Source of the DNA: Deltaproteobacteria bacterium HGW-Deltaproteobacteria-2
Lineage (GTDB): Bacteria > Desulfobacterota > Syntrophia > Syntrophales > Smithellaceae
NCBI GenBank assembly: GCA_002840505.1
Contig: PHBC01000001.1
Location: forward strand, 703,738 to 767,737
Direction of reading: 5' to 3'
Length of the DNA stretch: 64,000 bases
The position numbers and the translations under genes were made by a program. The notes beneath the pieces are model-generated. The model searched no databases, had not been told where the DNA came from, and saw nothing but the letters and a program-made list of their open reading frames with translations. Numbering within the stretch: position 1 is the stretch's first letter; each line of letters begins with the position of its first letter. Shown in pieces: positions 18,596-28,826 of this stretch.

Positions 18596-19717
18596 CTAAT
18601 CCAGCCGTTTTTTAGAGCGACTGATGGCGCCGGTAAAAACGATTGTCCCCAGTATGGTCAGCGCAAGGTATTGCGGCCAGAGCACATCAAATCCAACTCC
18701 TTTAAGGAAAATATCCCTAATGATTACCAGAAAAAATCTCAGCGGATTAAAATACGTAAGCCATTGCACAATTTCGGGCATGTTGGCGATGGGGAATATA
18801 AAACCGCTGAGCATGAAAAACGGCAAAACGAAAAAGAAGGCCGTCATCATGGCCTGCTGTTTGGTTGCCGCTATGGTTGATATAAAAAGTCCGATACCCA
18901 TAGTGCTTAGCATAAAGAGGCAGGTGGCGATAAAAAGCAACAGGAGGCTTCCTTTAAAAGGTATTTCAAACCAGTAAACGGCAACCGCGGTAACGGCAAA
19001 AAGTTGAAAAAGAGATAAAAGAATGTAAGGAATTGTTTTACCGATGATAAATTCATACGATTTTAAAGGCGTGACAATAAGTTGCTCCATTGTACCGTCC
19101 TCTTTTTCCCTGATTATGGCGATGGATGTCAGGATAAAAGAGGTAAGCATAACCAGAAAAGCGACAATCCCTGGAACAAAGAAGTATCGGCTATTGAGGT
19201 TGGGATTGTACCATGTTCTGATGCGCGCATCCACCTTACCGTAACTCATGTTCATCGGATAAAGTTCACGCAAAGTTTCGCGGTTAAATCTATCCAAAAT
19301 TGACGCTGTGTATGCCACTCTCATGGAAGCCATGTTGCTCATCGAACCGTCAACAAGGATCTGAACAGGGGCTGTTTGTCCCTTTCTGATAATGGAGGCA
19401 AAATCTTCATCTATTTTTATACCCATATCTACCTTTCCCCTAAGCAGTAGTTCCGTCATCTGACGTTCATCAGTTGTGTTATATGTGATATGGAAAATAT
19501 TGCTTCCGGTAAAGTTATCAAGAAGCCTGCGACTTTCATGTGTTTTCGAATAATCCAGGACAGCCATCTGAATATTGCTGATATCGTAATTGACAACATA
19601 ACCGAAAATCAGCATTTGAATAAAGGGAAAAATAAACATCAAAGCGCGATTCCGCCTGTCGCTGAGAAGCTGAATGAATTCCTTGCGTACCAGTTCTTTG
19701 ATTCGAAGCCAGCTCAT
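18596..19717 (-). CDS. ABC-2 type transporter permease (YbhR/YbhS-like)
   Basis: 373 aa with one N-terminal TM, a large periplasmic loop and five C-terminal TMs. It overlaps the upstream permease gene by 4 nt. Confidence 0.8.
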   Translation of the reverse strand: MSWLRIKELVRKEFIQLLSDRRNRALMFIFPFIQMLIFGYVVNYDISNIQMAVLDYSKTHESRRLLDNFTGSNIFHITYNTTDERQMTELLLRGKVDMGIKIDEDFASIIRKGQTAPVQILVDGSMSNMASMRVAYTASILDRFNRETLRELYPMNMSYGKVDARIRTWYNPNLNSRYFFVPGIVAFLVMLTSFILTSIAIIREKEDGTMEQLIVTPLKSYEFIIGKTIPYILLSLFQLFAVTAVAVYWFEIPFKGSLLLLFIATCLFMLSTMGIGLFISTIAATKQQAMMTAFFFVLPFFMLSGFIFPIANMPEIVQWLTYFNPLRFFLVIIRDIFLKGVGFDVLWPQYLALTILGTIVFTGAISRSKKRLD

Positions 19718-20847
19718 AGACCTTCCTTCTTCAACAAACGGAAATTAAAAATACTTAGCATGACAAACATAACCAGCAGAACCAGCATGCTCGGCCATAG
19801 ATAAGCAAGGCCGAGATTGCGCAGATAGATACCCGATAAAATATCAATGAAATATCTTGCCGGAACTATCAGCGTTATATATTGAATAACTGTTGGCATG
19901 TTTATTATCGGAAAAACAAAATTGGAAAGAAGCAGCGACGGTAGATAAGTCGTCAGAATAGCAATCTGATTGGCCATCAATTGCGATTTGGTAAGGATGG
20001 AAATCAGCAAGCCCAGCGATAAGGCAACTCCCAGGTAAAGCGAAGCGGAAATTATCATCAACCAGAAATTTCCTTTCATCACTATGCCGAAAAGCAATTG
20101 TCCCAGCAAAATTGCTATTAAAACATCCGCCAGCCCGATAAAAAAATAGGGAATAGCTTTACCCAAAAGCAATTCGGCAGCCCTAACCGGCATGGACTTG
20201 ATGGTTTCCATCGTGCCATTTTCGTATTCACGGGCGATAACCAGCGAAGTAAGAATAGCGCCAACAATCATAATAATGACGGCGATGATCCCCGGAATAA
20301 TAAAATTGCGGCTCTCCAGATCTTCATTAAACCAGATACGTATGCGTCCGTCGACGGGTTGATTTAATTTGTCGCGCCCCTCCCTGTTGAGAAAATCTAC
20401 CAGGATTTGCTGATTGTACTGTTTGATGAAGGAGGTAATATAACCGCGGATTATGTTTCCCGAAGTGGGATCGCTGGCATCAATAATAACCTGTAGTTGA
20501 ATTTCCCGGTCAGCCGTGATGCTCTTCATAAAATCGGCTGGAATAACTATTACCACTTTTGCCTTATCATGATCGAGATAATCAACGGCATCTCTTGTCC
20601 GGGGAAGGTTTTCCGTGACATTAAAATAGGTTGACGCATCCAGCTTGCGAATAAAATCACGGCTGAGTTCGGTCCTGTCATGATCGACGAATACCGTTCC
20701 CACATTGTCTACATCAAGGCTCAGTGCATAACCAAACAAAATAATCAGTATCAGCGGAATAGCAAATGCCAGATACAGACTGCGGTAATCGCGAATCAGG
20801 TGATAGAATTCCTTGCGGACAATAGCTTTGAGTCTGATGAATCTCAA
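19714..20847 (-). CDS. ABC-2 type transporter permease (YbhS/YbhR-like)
   Basis: Paralogue of the adjacent permease. It has a 4-nt overlap with the ATPase gene. Confidence 0.8.
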   Translation of the reverse strand: MRFIRLKAIVRKEFYHLIRDYRSLYLAFAIPLILIILFGYALSLDVDNVGTVFVDHDRTELSRDFIRKLDASTYFNVTENLPRTRDAVDYLDHDKAKVVIVIPADFMKSITADREIQLQVIIDASDPTSGNIIRGYITSFIKQYNQQILVDFLNREGRDKLNQPVDGRIRIWFNEDLESRNFIIPGIIAVIIMIVGAILTSLVIAREYENGTMETIKSMPVRAAELLLGKAIPYFFIGLADVLIAILLGQLLFGIVMKGNFWLMIISASLYLGVALSLGLLISILTKSQLMANQIAILTTYLPSLLLSNFVFPIINMPTVIQYITLIVPARYFIDILSGIYLRNLGLAYLWPSMLVLLVMFVMLSIFNFRLLKKEGL

Positions 20848-21599
20848 TTGCTGTCCCTCGTCATCAATTTTATGAAAGCGTCATTCAGATCGGCATCCGG
20901 CTTATCCGGACAGGCGTTGTTGATAATCTCCGCCGGAGTTCCAGAAGCCACAATACGGCCTTCGTTAATCATCACGATTCTTTCACAGAAACGCGCTTCA
21001 TCCATGTAGTGTGTGGTAACAAAAACGGTCATTCCAGCTGCGGCAAGCTGCTTGATGAAATTCCAGAAATGACCTCTGGTGACAGGATCAACTCCCGACG
21101 TAGGTTCATCCAGAAACAAAATGTCCGGTTTATGCAGGAGCGAACATCCCAAAGCCAGTCGTTGACGCCAGCCCTGAGGCAAATCTTTGGTTTTGCGGTT
21201 GCGCACGTCCTGCAGTTGCGCCATATTCAAAACCCAGTCGATGCGCTCCGTCCACTGCTTCCGGGGAACATTGTATATCCCCAGGTAAAATCGCAGATTC
21301 TCAAAGGGAGTCAAATCTTCATAAAGTGAGAATTTCTGCGACATGTAACCGATTGACTGTTTGATTTCTTCCGCTTCTTTTATTATGTCGTGCCCGGCTA
21401 CTATTCCGCCGCCGGATGTGGGTGTAATTATGCCGCAAAGCATACGGATTGTTGTGGATTTGCCGGAGCCATTCGCACCCAGAAATCCAAATATCTCTCC
21501 TTTTTTTACTGAAAAAGTGATTCTGTTGACGGCAACAAACTGGCCGAATTTTTTCTCCAGATTATTGACAGTTATGGAATCAGAGCCGGAATGAGTCAT
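20844..21599 (-). CDS. ABC transporter ATP-binding protein
   Basis: Walker A GANGSGKST, signature LPQGWRQRLAL, Walker B ILFLDEPTSG. Start trimmed to MTHSGSD (comp. 21599). Confidence 0.85.
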   Translation of the reverse strand: MTHSGSDSITVNNLEKKFGQFVAVNRITFSVKKGEIFGFLGANGSGKSTTIRMLCGIITPTSGGGIVAGHDIIKEAEEIKQSIGYMSQKFSLYEDLTPFENLRFYLGIYNVPRKQWTERIDWVLNMAQLQDVRNRKTKDLPQGWRQRLALGCSLLHKPDILFLDEPTSGVDPVTRGHFWNFIKQLAAAGMTVFVTTHYMDEARFCERIVMINEGRIVASGTPAEIINNACPDKPDADLNDAFIKLMTRDSN

Positions 21600-22353
21600 T
21601 GGCAATATCCTTATCCACTTCGATGATGCGTGCAATTATTGATTGTTCCAGATCGGCATATTGTCCGCGCATTTTTGCCGGTGTCTCCGACGCCAGAATA
21701 ACAGAACTGTGCATCAGCATCAGCCGGTCGCATTTTTCTCCTTCATCGAGGTAGGCCGTGGAGACAAGAATGGTCATGCCTTCTTCTTTCATACCGCCCA
21801 ATATTTCCCAGAATTCATGACGTGATACCGGATCGACACCATTGGTCGGCTCGTCCAGTATCAACAGTTGCGGTTCATGCACCAGTACGCAGGCAAGTCC
21901 CAGTTTCTGTTTCATTCCTCCGGAGAGATTGCCGGCCAGCCTGTTTGTAAAAGGAAGAAGGTTGGAAAATCCCAAATATTTTTCTCGGCGGGTTTTTCTC
22001 TGATTGCGTGGCACATCAAAAACATCCATGAAAAATTGCATGTTCTCATCGACGGTAAGGTCCTGATAGAGACCAAAACGCTGAGGCATGTAACCGATAA
22101 TGTTTTTGATTCTTTGTTTCTGGGTTACCACATCGAGACCGTTTACCATAATTTCGCCTTGCGTTGGTTCGATCATGGTGGCAATCAGCCTCAGGAGAGT
22201 TGATTTGCCCGCACCATCGGAGCCAACCAAACCGAAAATATTGCCTCTTTCAACATTAAAAGAAACGTCCTTAACTGCTTCAATATCATCAAAGCGTTTG
22301 GTAATGTTTTTGACTTCCACGATGTGGGAGGAATTTTCCAGGGAAGCGGCCAT
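21580..22353 (-). CDS. ABC transporter ATP-binding protein (second, separate ATPase)
   Basis: Walker A GSDGAGKST, signature LSGGMKQKLGL, Walker B LLILDEPTNG. There are two separate ATPase genes here, whereas E. coli YbhF has both domains fused. Confidence 0.85.
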   Translation of the reverse strand: MAASLENSSHIVEVKNITKRFDDIEAVKDVSFNVERGNIFGLVGSDGAGKSTLLRLIATMIEPTQGEIMVNGLDVVTQKQRIKNIIGYMPQRFGLYQDLTVDENMQFFMDVFDVPRNQRKTRREKYLGFSNLLPFTNRLAGNLSGGMKQKLGLACVLVHEPQLLILDEPTNGVDPVSRHEFWEILGGMKEEGMTILVSTAYLDEGEKCDRLMLMHSSVILASETPAKMRGQYADLEQSIIARIIEVDKDIANDSFRL

Positions 22354-22364
22354 CGGGAACTCCT

Positions 22365-23378
22365 CTATTGCCGCAACCAGGCATCAGCCGGCATTCCTGC
22401 TTTGAGTTCAAAGTTAGGATTCTCAATGGACACCTTGACTAGATAAACCAGCTTTACGCGCTCTTTTTTCGTCTGGATTATTTTGGGAGTAAATTCTCCT
22501 TCCGGAGAAATAAAAGAAACTGTTCCGGTGTAAGTTTTACCGGGGAAAGTATCTATTTTTACATCTACCTTCTGACCAGGTCTGACTTTACCTATTTCTG
22601 TTTCATCTATAAATATTTTTAAATCAACACGGGAAAGATCGGAAATGGTAATGACTTCCCTGCCGGAATTTACGGTTTCGCCCGGTTCAATATTGCGGCT
22701 GGTTATTACGCCATCCATGGGCGATTTTAATTGTGTGTAAGCCAACTGAATGGATGCTTGACTTAATGATGCGTTCACCGAATTAATTTGCGCCGTGGCG
22801 ACCTCGATATCTTGTTTGACGGCATCTATTTTGGTCAAATTACCCTGCGCAAGGTTCAGGACCGATTCACTTTCAGCTAATCGCGACTGGGCAACTTCAT
22901 ACGTAAGTTTCATACCATCGCGTTCTTTTTCTGTAATCACGCCCTTGCTGAACAAATCTTCGAAACGCTTGTAATTTTTTTCCGCATCCCTGAGCGTGTC
23001 CCGGGTGCTTTGCACATTCGCCTTGGCTCTGGCAACCTCGGATGGAAGAGTTTTTCTGCTGATCTCCAGCATTGTCTCCAGTTGTTTCTTTGTTTTTTGA
23101 GCTCGGTCCAGATTCGCTTTGGCCTGCTCATAACGTGATTCAAATTCCTCGCGATCAAGTTCAGCAATAATCTGGTCCTTTGTAACAGACTGACCTTCCT
23201 GAACATTGACTTTAACAACACGACCCGGAACCTGGAAGGATAAATTCGCCTGTGTTGTCTCTATTGTACCGGAATAATAAAGTCCCTTTTCACGATTATT
23301 TTTCTGGCCGAAATAAACAAGCAGCCCAACGGTCACAAAGAGAATTATAAAAACAATAATTATTATTCTTTTTTTCAA
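22365..23378 (-). CDS. HlyD-family membrane fusion protein (YbhG-like)
   Basis: N-terminal TM, a long coiled-coil, and a beta-barrel C-terminus (GMPADAWL). Confidence 0.8.
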   Translation of the reverse strand: MKKRIIIIVFIILFVTVGLLVYFGQKNNREKGLYYSGTIETTQANLSFQVPGRVVKVNVQEGQSVTKDQIIAELDREEFESRYEQAKANLDRAQKTKKQLETMLEISRKTLPSEVARAKANVQSTRDTLRDAEKNYKRFEDLFSKGVITEKERDGMKLTYEVAQSRLAESESVLNLAQGNLTKIDAVKQDIEVATAQINSVNASLSQASIQLAYTQLKSPMDGVITSRNIEPGETVNSGREVITISDLSRVDLKIFIDETEIGKVRPGQKVDVKIDTFPGKTYTGTVSFISPEGEFTPKIIQTKKERVKLVYLVKVSIENPNFELKAGMPADAWLRQ

Positions 23379-23460
23379 CGTTCAAACCTCCCGTTTATGT
23401 TTTCATCTATAGCATTGAGCACTCATACAAACGCAGGTAGAATTAACTATTACCAGTTGT

Positions 23461-24108
23461 TCATCGCTTTATAGCCTTTAGCACCAGCTTAGCCACTTCC
23501 TCTCCTAAACTACCTTCTAATTTTTTATCACGGGCTTTAATCTCGGCAGGCAACCATGACTGTCTTTCTTTAATTGGCTGAGCCTTTTTATAAAAAAGAA
23601 TTGTCCCCACGATCATCATATGGATGAGGAATGGTGATACTTCCATAAATATTTTTCTTTTTAGACCTTCGTCCACAATACCAAAAAGAATAGTCAGTAC
23701 CGCAACTATATCTTCAGTGACAACACGAGGCAGATGAGCGCCGTCCGCAGCTATTTCCCGCATCATAATCGGCGGCCATTCCGGGTTTTTATCTATGGCA
23801 TCAGCAATGTACATTATATAGGTTTTAAGTTTTTCTTCCGGATGATCAACTTTGGCCACGGACGCAGCAATATTCTGGGCAGTGTTACCCAGAACCTGAT
23901 GGATTACATTGGCGTAAAGAGTATCTTTGTCACCAATCTGGTAATAGAGCGTCGCTTTATTCACACCGGCTCGCCTGGCAATTTCATCGACATGCGCCCC
24001 GTTATAACCATTTTCTGCAAACACAGCCCGTGCCGCTTTTAAAATCTTATCTGCAGTTTTACCCGTTTTTTTTATGTCAATTACCTTTTTAATCAAACGT
24101 TTCACCAA
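23461..24108 (-). CDS. TetR/AcrR family transcriptional regulator (YbiH/CecR-like position)
   Basis: The N-terminal HTH is AARAVFAENGYNGAHVDEIARRAGVNKATLYYQIGDK. It is the first gene of the HlyD-ABC operon. TTG (24108) or GTG (24105) start. Confidence 0.8.
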   Translation of the reverse strand: MVKRLIKKVIDIKKTGKTADKILKAARAVFAENGYNGAHVDEIARRAGVNKATLYYQIGDKDTLYANVIHQVLGNTAQNIAASVAKVDHPEEKLKTYIMYIADAIDKNPEWPPIMMREIAADGAHLPRVVTEDIVAVLTILFGIVDEGLKRKIFMEVSPFLIHMMIVGTILFYKKAQPIKERQSWLPAEIKARDKKLEGSLGEEVAKLVLKAIKR

Positions 24109-24126
24109 TGCTCGTTGTCATTCCGT

Positions 24127-24276
24127 CTTCGTAAAAATCCTCAGAGGCAAGGCGCGCTAACCCTGAGACGTGAGGTGTATTTTTACATACATCGCAATAA
24201 GCCTGCCCCGGCGAAGGCCGAGAAAGGATGACGCGCAATCCCGATTTGATCGGGACATTATGAGTTTTTTACGAAG
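24127..24276. repeat. 150-bp composite palindromic intergenic element
   Basis: TIRs are CTTCGTAAAAA (24127-24137) and TTTTTACGAAG (24266-24276). The core CAGAGGCAAGGCGCGC (24142-24157) is identical to 27667-27682. It also carries the GCCTGCCCCGGCG..GGCCG and ATCCCGAT..ATCGGGA modules. Confidence 0.6.
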
Positions 24277-24285
24277 CCGGCATTT

Positions 24286-24310
24286 AACCGTACGGTTTAA
24301 CCATACAGTT
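24286..24310. promoter_or_regulatory. operator-like tandem 12-mers AACCGTACGGTT-T-AACCATACAGTT
   Basis: The first 12-mer is a perfect palindrome and the second differs at 2 positions. The site lies about 180 nt upstream of the TetR start, beyond the inserted repeat element. Confidence 0.3.
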
Positions 24311-24496
24311 AAATATTATGAATTATATGTCAAGATTTTTTTATATTTACCCTTTATGAAGGCAGGACGACGAGACAACAATTTATGAGCTTTAAGTATG
24401 ATTTATGCCGTTTCTAAAGATATTCCTTTAGAAACGGCAAATGAAGTTTCGGGTTATGAGGAATGCAAATTTATTAGGCAGGCAAAGTCTCTTGTA

Positions 24497-25402
24497 TTAC
24501 TTTGATTTTTCCTTTTTCAGCAGCTTTTGCATCTGTTTATCTTTTTCCTGCCACAACTTTTGCACCCATTTATGCATGGTGTCACGAAACGCCGGGTCTC
24601 CTTCATAATCACCCTGTAAAAGATGTTGAGGAATCTCTATTGTTCTCATACGCACAGTTATCCGCTTGACTTTGCCGCAGAGAAAATCGCCGAAACCCGG
24701 AATTCCATCCGGATAAACTATGGTAATATCCAACATAGAATTAAACTTCTCGCCCAGCACGTTTAACGCCAGTGCGAGTCCGCCTGATTTGGGGCGAAGG
24801 AGGAATTTATACTCGCTTTTCTGTTTATCGTGTTTTTCTTTGGTAAAGCGCGTTCCTTCCAGAAAATTCATCACGCTGGTAGGTATAGTAGCAAATTTTT
24901 CACAAGCTTTGCGCGTTGCTTCAAAATCCTTGCCTTGTTGTTCGGGGTGTTGTTTCAAATACTCTGAGCTGTGGCGATATAGGAAAGGATAATCCAGAGC
25001 CCACCAGGCAAAACCCATAAGAGGCACCTTGATAAGTTCTCTCTTAATAAAAAATTTAAGCAGTGGAATGCGTCGGTTCAGCAGGTGCTGCATTACCAGT
25101 ATATCAACCCAGGATTGATGATTACTGACAACCAGATACCAGCCGTTATAATTCAAACCATCTACGCCCTGCACGTCCCACTGTGTTTTTTGAGTAAGCC
25201 ACATCCAGCCGCTGTTGCCGGCAATCCAATTTTCTCCAATCCAATGAAGAATCCTGTTTATTATCCGAAGAAGCGGGGGCCAGGGCAAAAGGATTTTTGG
25301 AATGGAAAACACGAACAAGATAGTTACCCAAAACAAAATATTTACGAATAAAAGAAAACCCGCTATCACTCCCACAAGTTTTGAAGGCAGAAAATTCAGC
25401 AT
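24497..25402 (-). CDS. lysophospholipid acyltransferase family protein (YihG-like)
   Basis: N-terminal TM, an HX4D motif (NHQSWVDILV), and an EGTRFT motif. Confidence 0.75.
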   Translation of the reverse strand: MLNFLPSKLVGVIAGFLLFVNILFWVTILFVFSIPKILLPWPPLLRIINRILHWIGENWIAGNSGWMWLTQKTQWDVQGVDGLNYNGWYLVVSNHQSWVDILVMQHLLNRRIPLLKFFIKRELIKVPLMGFAWWALDYPFLYRHSSEYLKQHPEQQGKDFEATRKACEKFATIPTSVMNFLEGTRFTKEKHDKQKSEYKFLLRPKSGGLALALNVLGEKFNSMLDITIVYPDGIPGFGDFLCGKVKRITVRMRTIEIPQHLLQGDYEGDPAFRDTMHKWVQKLWQEKDKQMQKLLKKEKSK

Positions 25403-25771
25403 GATGATATTCCTAAGCTCCTAATTTATATTATATCGATCTTTCATAGTTGATATCGTTCGGCTATAAAGAAAATTCATAAACAAGTCAAGATAATTAG
25501 AGCAAACATTAATATGGCTTAATGTAAATAATTTTATTGATTTACCTGAATATAAACATAAATTCTCTCTTTATGTTGGTTTCTTAAATTCTTAAAGATC
25601 AGACGGTATAATATGTTCTGAAAGAAATAACTGGTCTAAACATAAGTTTTTTGTTATAAATTAATTAAGTAAAGGCTATTTTAACCATTCCTAAATAAAA
25701 TTGGTTGTGTTCAAAACTGTTACAAATCAATTAATTCAGTTAAAAATCATGGCCCGGAAGGATTTAAAAGA

Positions 25772-27589
25772 TTGAAGAAAAATCATTTACGCAATATTGC
25801 CATTATTTCCCACGTTGATCACGGCAAAACCACTCTACTTAACGCCATGCTGAAGCAGACTGGAGTGTTTCGGGTAAATCAGGCTGTCGAAGACCGCGTT
25901 ATGGATTCGATGGATCTGGAAAAAGAACGCGGCATAACCATCACGGCGAAAAATACAGCGGTGGAGTATAACGGCGTAAAAATTAACATTGTCGATACAC
26001 CCGGCCATGCCGATTTCGGTGGCGAAGTGGAACGCAGTCTCAATATGGTTGATGGAGCGATATTGCTTGTTGATGCCAGCGAAGGACCTCTGCCGCAAAC
26101 CAGATTTGTTTTAAAAAAAGCTCTGGCACTGGGTCTGCCGATAATTTTAGTCATCAATAAAATTGATCGAAGTGACGCCCGCATTGACGAAGTTATCAAT
26201 GAAACTTACGATCTCTTCATTGATTTAGGCGCGGAAGAAAATCAAATTGAATTTCCCATTCTCTATACCAATGCCAAAATCGGAGTCAGTCATAAAAAAT
26301 TAGGTGATGACAGCGCCGACCTGCAACCTCTGCTTCAAACAATCATTGAACATATACCTTCTCCCCGGGGAAACGATGAAGCCATTACGCAGTTTCTGGT
26401 TACCAATCTGGATTATGATCCTTATGTGGGACAAATTGCTATAGGCCGTCTGCAAAGCGGCAAATTGGAAATGAATACCAATTACAGCCTTTGCACCGAA
26501 GATAAAATAATTCCAGGCGTCAAACTAACGGCCCTTTATACTTTTTATGGTCTGGCAAAAAAACCTGCCCAGTTCGTTGAGTCCGGCGACATTATCGCTT
26601 TATCGGGAGTTGAAAATGTCACCATCGGCGACACCATTTCATCTTTTATCGAACCACAGGCGCTTCCCCGTTTGCAGGTGGACGAACCAACGGTATCCAT
26701 GATGTTTTACGTCAATGACAGTCCTTTTGGCGGGAAAGAAGGGAAATATCTGACCTCGCGCCACCTGCTGGAACGGCTGGAAAAAGAGGAGCTGAGAAAT
26801 GTCGCCATTAAAATCAAAAAGCTGGATAGAACCGACGCATTTGAAGTTTGCGGACGCGGTGAACTGCAAATGGCGGTATTGATCGAAACCATGCGCCGCG
26901 AAGGCTACGAGCTGATGGTTTCGCGTCCCCAGGTAATTACCCGGCAGCAAAACGGCAAAACCTGTGAACCGGTGGAAAGACTCTTTCTGGATATCCCGGA
27001 GGAATTCGTGGGGAAAATTACCGAAAAGTTATCCATCAGAAAAGGACGCATGGAGAGTTTAGTCAACAAAGGATCCGGCAGAGTCAGCATGGAATTTTTA
27101 ATTCCCTCCCGGGGATTAATCGGTTTTCGCAGTCAGTTTTTGACTGACACCAAAGGCGGTGGTGTAATGAATTCACTGCTCGAAGATTACGCGCCGTGGT
27201 TCGGCCCTATCCCGCAAAGAACGACAGGTGTCCTGGTTGCCGACCGTTCCGGCCGCGTTACACCTTATGCCAGCTATGCCATGGAAGACAGGGGCGAAAT
27301 GATTGTGGAAATCGGAACGGAAGTTTACGCGGGAATGATTGTTGGAGAACGCAACCGCAGCAGTGACCTCAACGTAAATATTGTCAAAGAAAAGAAGCTG
27401 ACAAACATGCGGGCATCCACATCCGACGCCACAATAATTTTAAGACCACCGCGTGTTTTTTCGCTGGATCAGGCCATCGAATTTATAGCTGAAGATGAGC
27501 TTGTGGAAGTAACTCCCAAAAACATCCGCCTGAGAAAAATGGAGTTGGACGCTACCAGGCGCCAAATGAAAAGTCGCAAAGAAGATTAA
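25772..27589 (+). CDS. typA: translational GTPase TypA/BipA
   Basis: [15 protein letters not shown] and [14 protein letters not shown] motifs, 605 aa, TTG start. Confidence 0.9.
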   Translation: MKKNHLRNIAIISHVDHGKTTLLNAMLKQTGVFRVNQAVEDRVMDSMDLEKERGITITAKNTAVEYNGVKINIVDTPGHADFGGEVERSLNMVDGAILLVDASEGPLPQTRFVLKKALALGLPIILVINKIDRSDARIDEVINETYDLFIDLGAEENQIEFPILYTNAKIGVSHKKLGDDSADLQPLLQTIIEHIPSPRGNDEAITQFLVTNLDYDPYVGQIAIGRLQSGKLEMNTNYSLCTEDKIIPGVKLTALYTFYGLAKKPAQFVESGDIIALSGVENVTIGDTISSFIEPQALPRLQVDEPTVSMMFYVNDSPFGGKEGKYLTSRHLLERLEKEELRNVAIKIKKLDRTDAFEVCGRGELQMAVLIETMRREGYELMVSRPQVITRQQNGKTCEPVERLFLDIPEEFVGKITEKLSIRKGRMESLVNKGSGRVSMEFLIPSRGLIGFRSQFLTDTKGGGVMNSLLEDYAPWFGPIPQRTTGVLVADRSGRVTPYASYAMEDRGEMIVEIGTEVYAGMIVGERNRSSDLNVNIVKEKKLTNMRASTSDATIILRPPRVFSLDQAIEFIAEDELVEVTPKNIRLRKMELDATRRQMKSRKED

Positions 27590-27652
27590 ATCTAATTCAG
27601 CAACCTATCGTGACTGCTTTTTGCGTGCTGTGTCGTTATATATAAATAGAGG

Positions 27653-27769
27653 CTTTGTAAAAAGGCCAGAGGCAAGGCGCGCAAGTCATGAGGAGTGAGG
27701 CGTACTTTATGCGTACGCCGCAACGACGTCGTGACGCAGCGCAACGCAGTATATGGGTTTTTTACAAAG
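27653..27769. repeat. 117-bp palindromic intergenic element, same family as 24127-24276
   Basis: TIRs are CTTTGTAAAAA (27653-27663) and TTTTTACAAAG (27759-27769). It shares the core CAGAGGCAAGGCGCGC..TGAG..GTGAGG.GTA and has an internal hairpin GGCGTAC-N7-GTACGCC. Confidence 0.6.
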
Positions 27770-27779
27770 TCGATAATAT

Positions 27780-28748
27780 ATGATTAGTGAAATTGAGAAA
27801 AATTTTTACCGCATATCTTTACGTATGCCGTATCGCTTAAGACATGTGAACGCTTATCTGTTCGCACACGATAAGGAACTGGCACTTTTTGACACAGGAT
27901 TAAATATGTCCGGTTCTTATGAAACACTCGAAAAAGATTTGAGCGATGCGGGCCTGGACATCAATAACATCAGACACGTTTTCTTGACTCATGTACATAC
28001 CGATCATTGCGGTATAGCTGGTCTTCTGCAAAAAAATACAGGAGCGAAAATTTATCTTTCCAAGATCGCTTTTGACGAATATCAGCATTTTCGGCAACCG
28101 GATTCGGCAATAAAACAATTAAGAAATTTTTATTCGCGACGGGGTATGTCTCCCCAGCAGATTGATCTCGTCATCGAAGAATATAAATATATACGAAACA
28201 TAATCACGGAATTTAACACCGATAGTTATTTACAGGACAAGGAATCACTCGAATTCGGCGACTGGAAATTTGAAGTTCTCTTTACTCCAGGACATGCCGC
28301 CGGACATGTTTGCTTTTTCTTCAGAGAAAAAGGTTTCCTGCTGGCCGGTGATCATGTTTTACCTTTTATAGCGCCGATTCTTAGCCCTGATATATTTGAT
28401 GATAGTTTTCGTCCATTGGCGACTTATCTGGATTCGCTTAGCGATATTGAAAAATTGCCCATCTCCACTGTTTATCCGGGACACGGTAATTCTTTTGTTG
28501 ATATAAACGAAAGATTGACAGACCTACGAGAACATCACCGAAAAAGAAAAAATGTTGTTCTTGGTCATGTGAACATACAACCCAAAACCACCTACGACAT
28601 TTGCCATGAAATTATCAGTGCCACGCTTTCGGATTTCGATAAATTTTTAGCCTTGAACGAAACCCTCATTTATTTAAAGGAACTGAAAACCGAAGGCACC
28701 ATCAACGAAAGCATCTCCAACAACGTTTTGGTTTACACCAAGGATTGA
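27780..28748 (+). CDS. MBL-fold metallo-hydrolase
   Basis: The HxHxDH motif is LTHVHTDHCG, with a downstream GHAAGH. Confidence 0.8.
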   Translation: MISEIEKNFYRISLRMPYRLRHVNAYLFAHDKELALFDTGLNMSGSYETLEKDLSDAGLDINNIRHVFLTHVHTDHCGIAGLLQKNTGAKIYLSKIAFDEYQHFRQPDSAIKQLRNFYSRRGMSPQQIDLVIEEYKYIRNIITEFNTDSYLQDKESLEFGDWKFEVLFTPGHAAGHVCFFFREKGFLLAGDHVLPFIAPILSPDIFDDSFRPLATYLDSLSDIEKLPISTVYPGHGNSFVDINERLTDLREHHRKRKNVVLGHVNIQPKTTYDICHEIISATLSDFDKFLALNETLIYLKELKTEGTINESISNNVLVYTKD

Positions 28749-28826
28749 GGATAATTGTTGACAGATATTTAATAATGATTAATATACGCCGCCTGATTAA
28801 ATGAGAATATTTAGGAATTTTTAAAT

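Noticed and set aside
18452-18880. 142-aa + strand ORF starting MSFRSPACAGSYSARNLDFKIPHPDKSGFGMT
   Set aside because: Its N-terminus is a read-through of the palindromic repeat element at 18454-18546, and the rest is antisense to the ABC-2 permease gene. This is a typical repeat-derived artefact.
17419-24108. Possibility that the orphan gene plus the ABC operon form a defence or toxin-export island
   Set aside because: The ABC-2 / HlyD / TetR set matches the common ybiH-ybhGFSR efflux architecture. The orphan gene is separated from it by a repeat element and a 184-nt gap. No nuclease, ATPase or other defence hallmarks are visible.
24170-24388. 72-aa + strand ORF (MRCIFTYIAISLPRRRPRKDD...)
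   Set aside because: It is a translation of the composite repeat element at 24127-24276 and the operator region. It has no SD and an Arg-rich nonsense composition.
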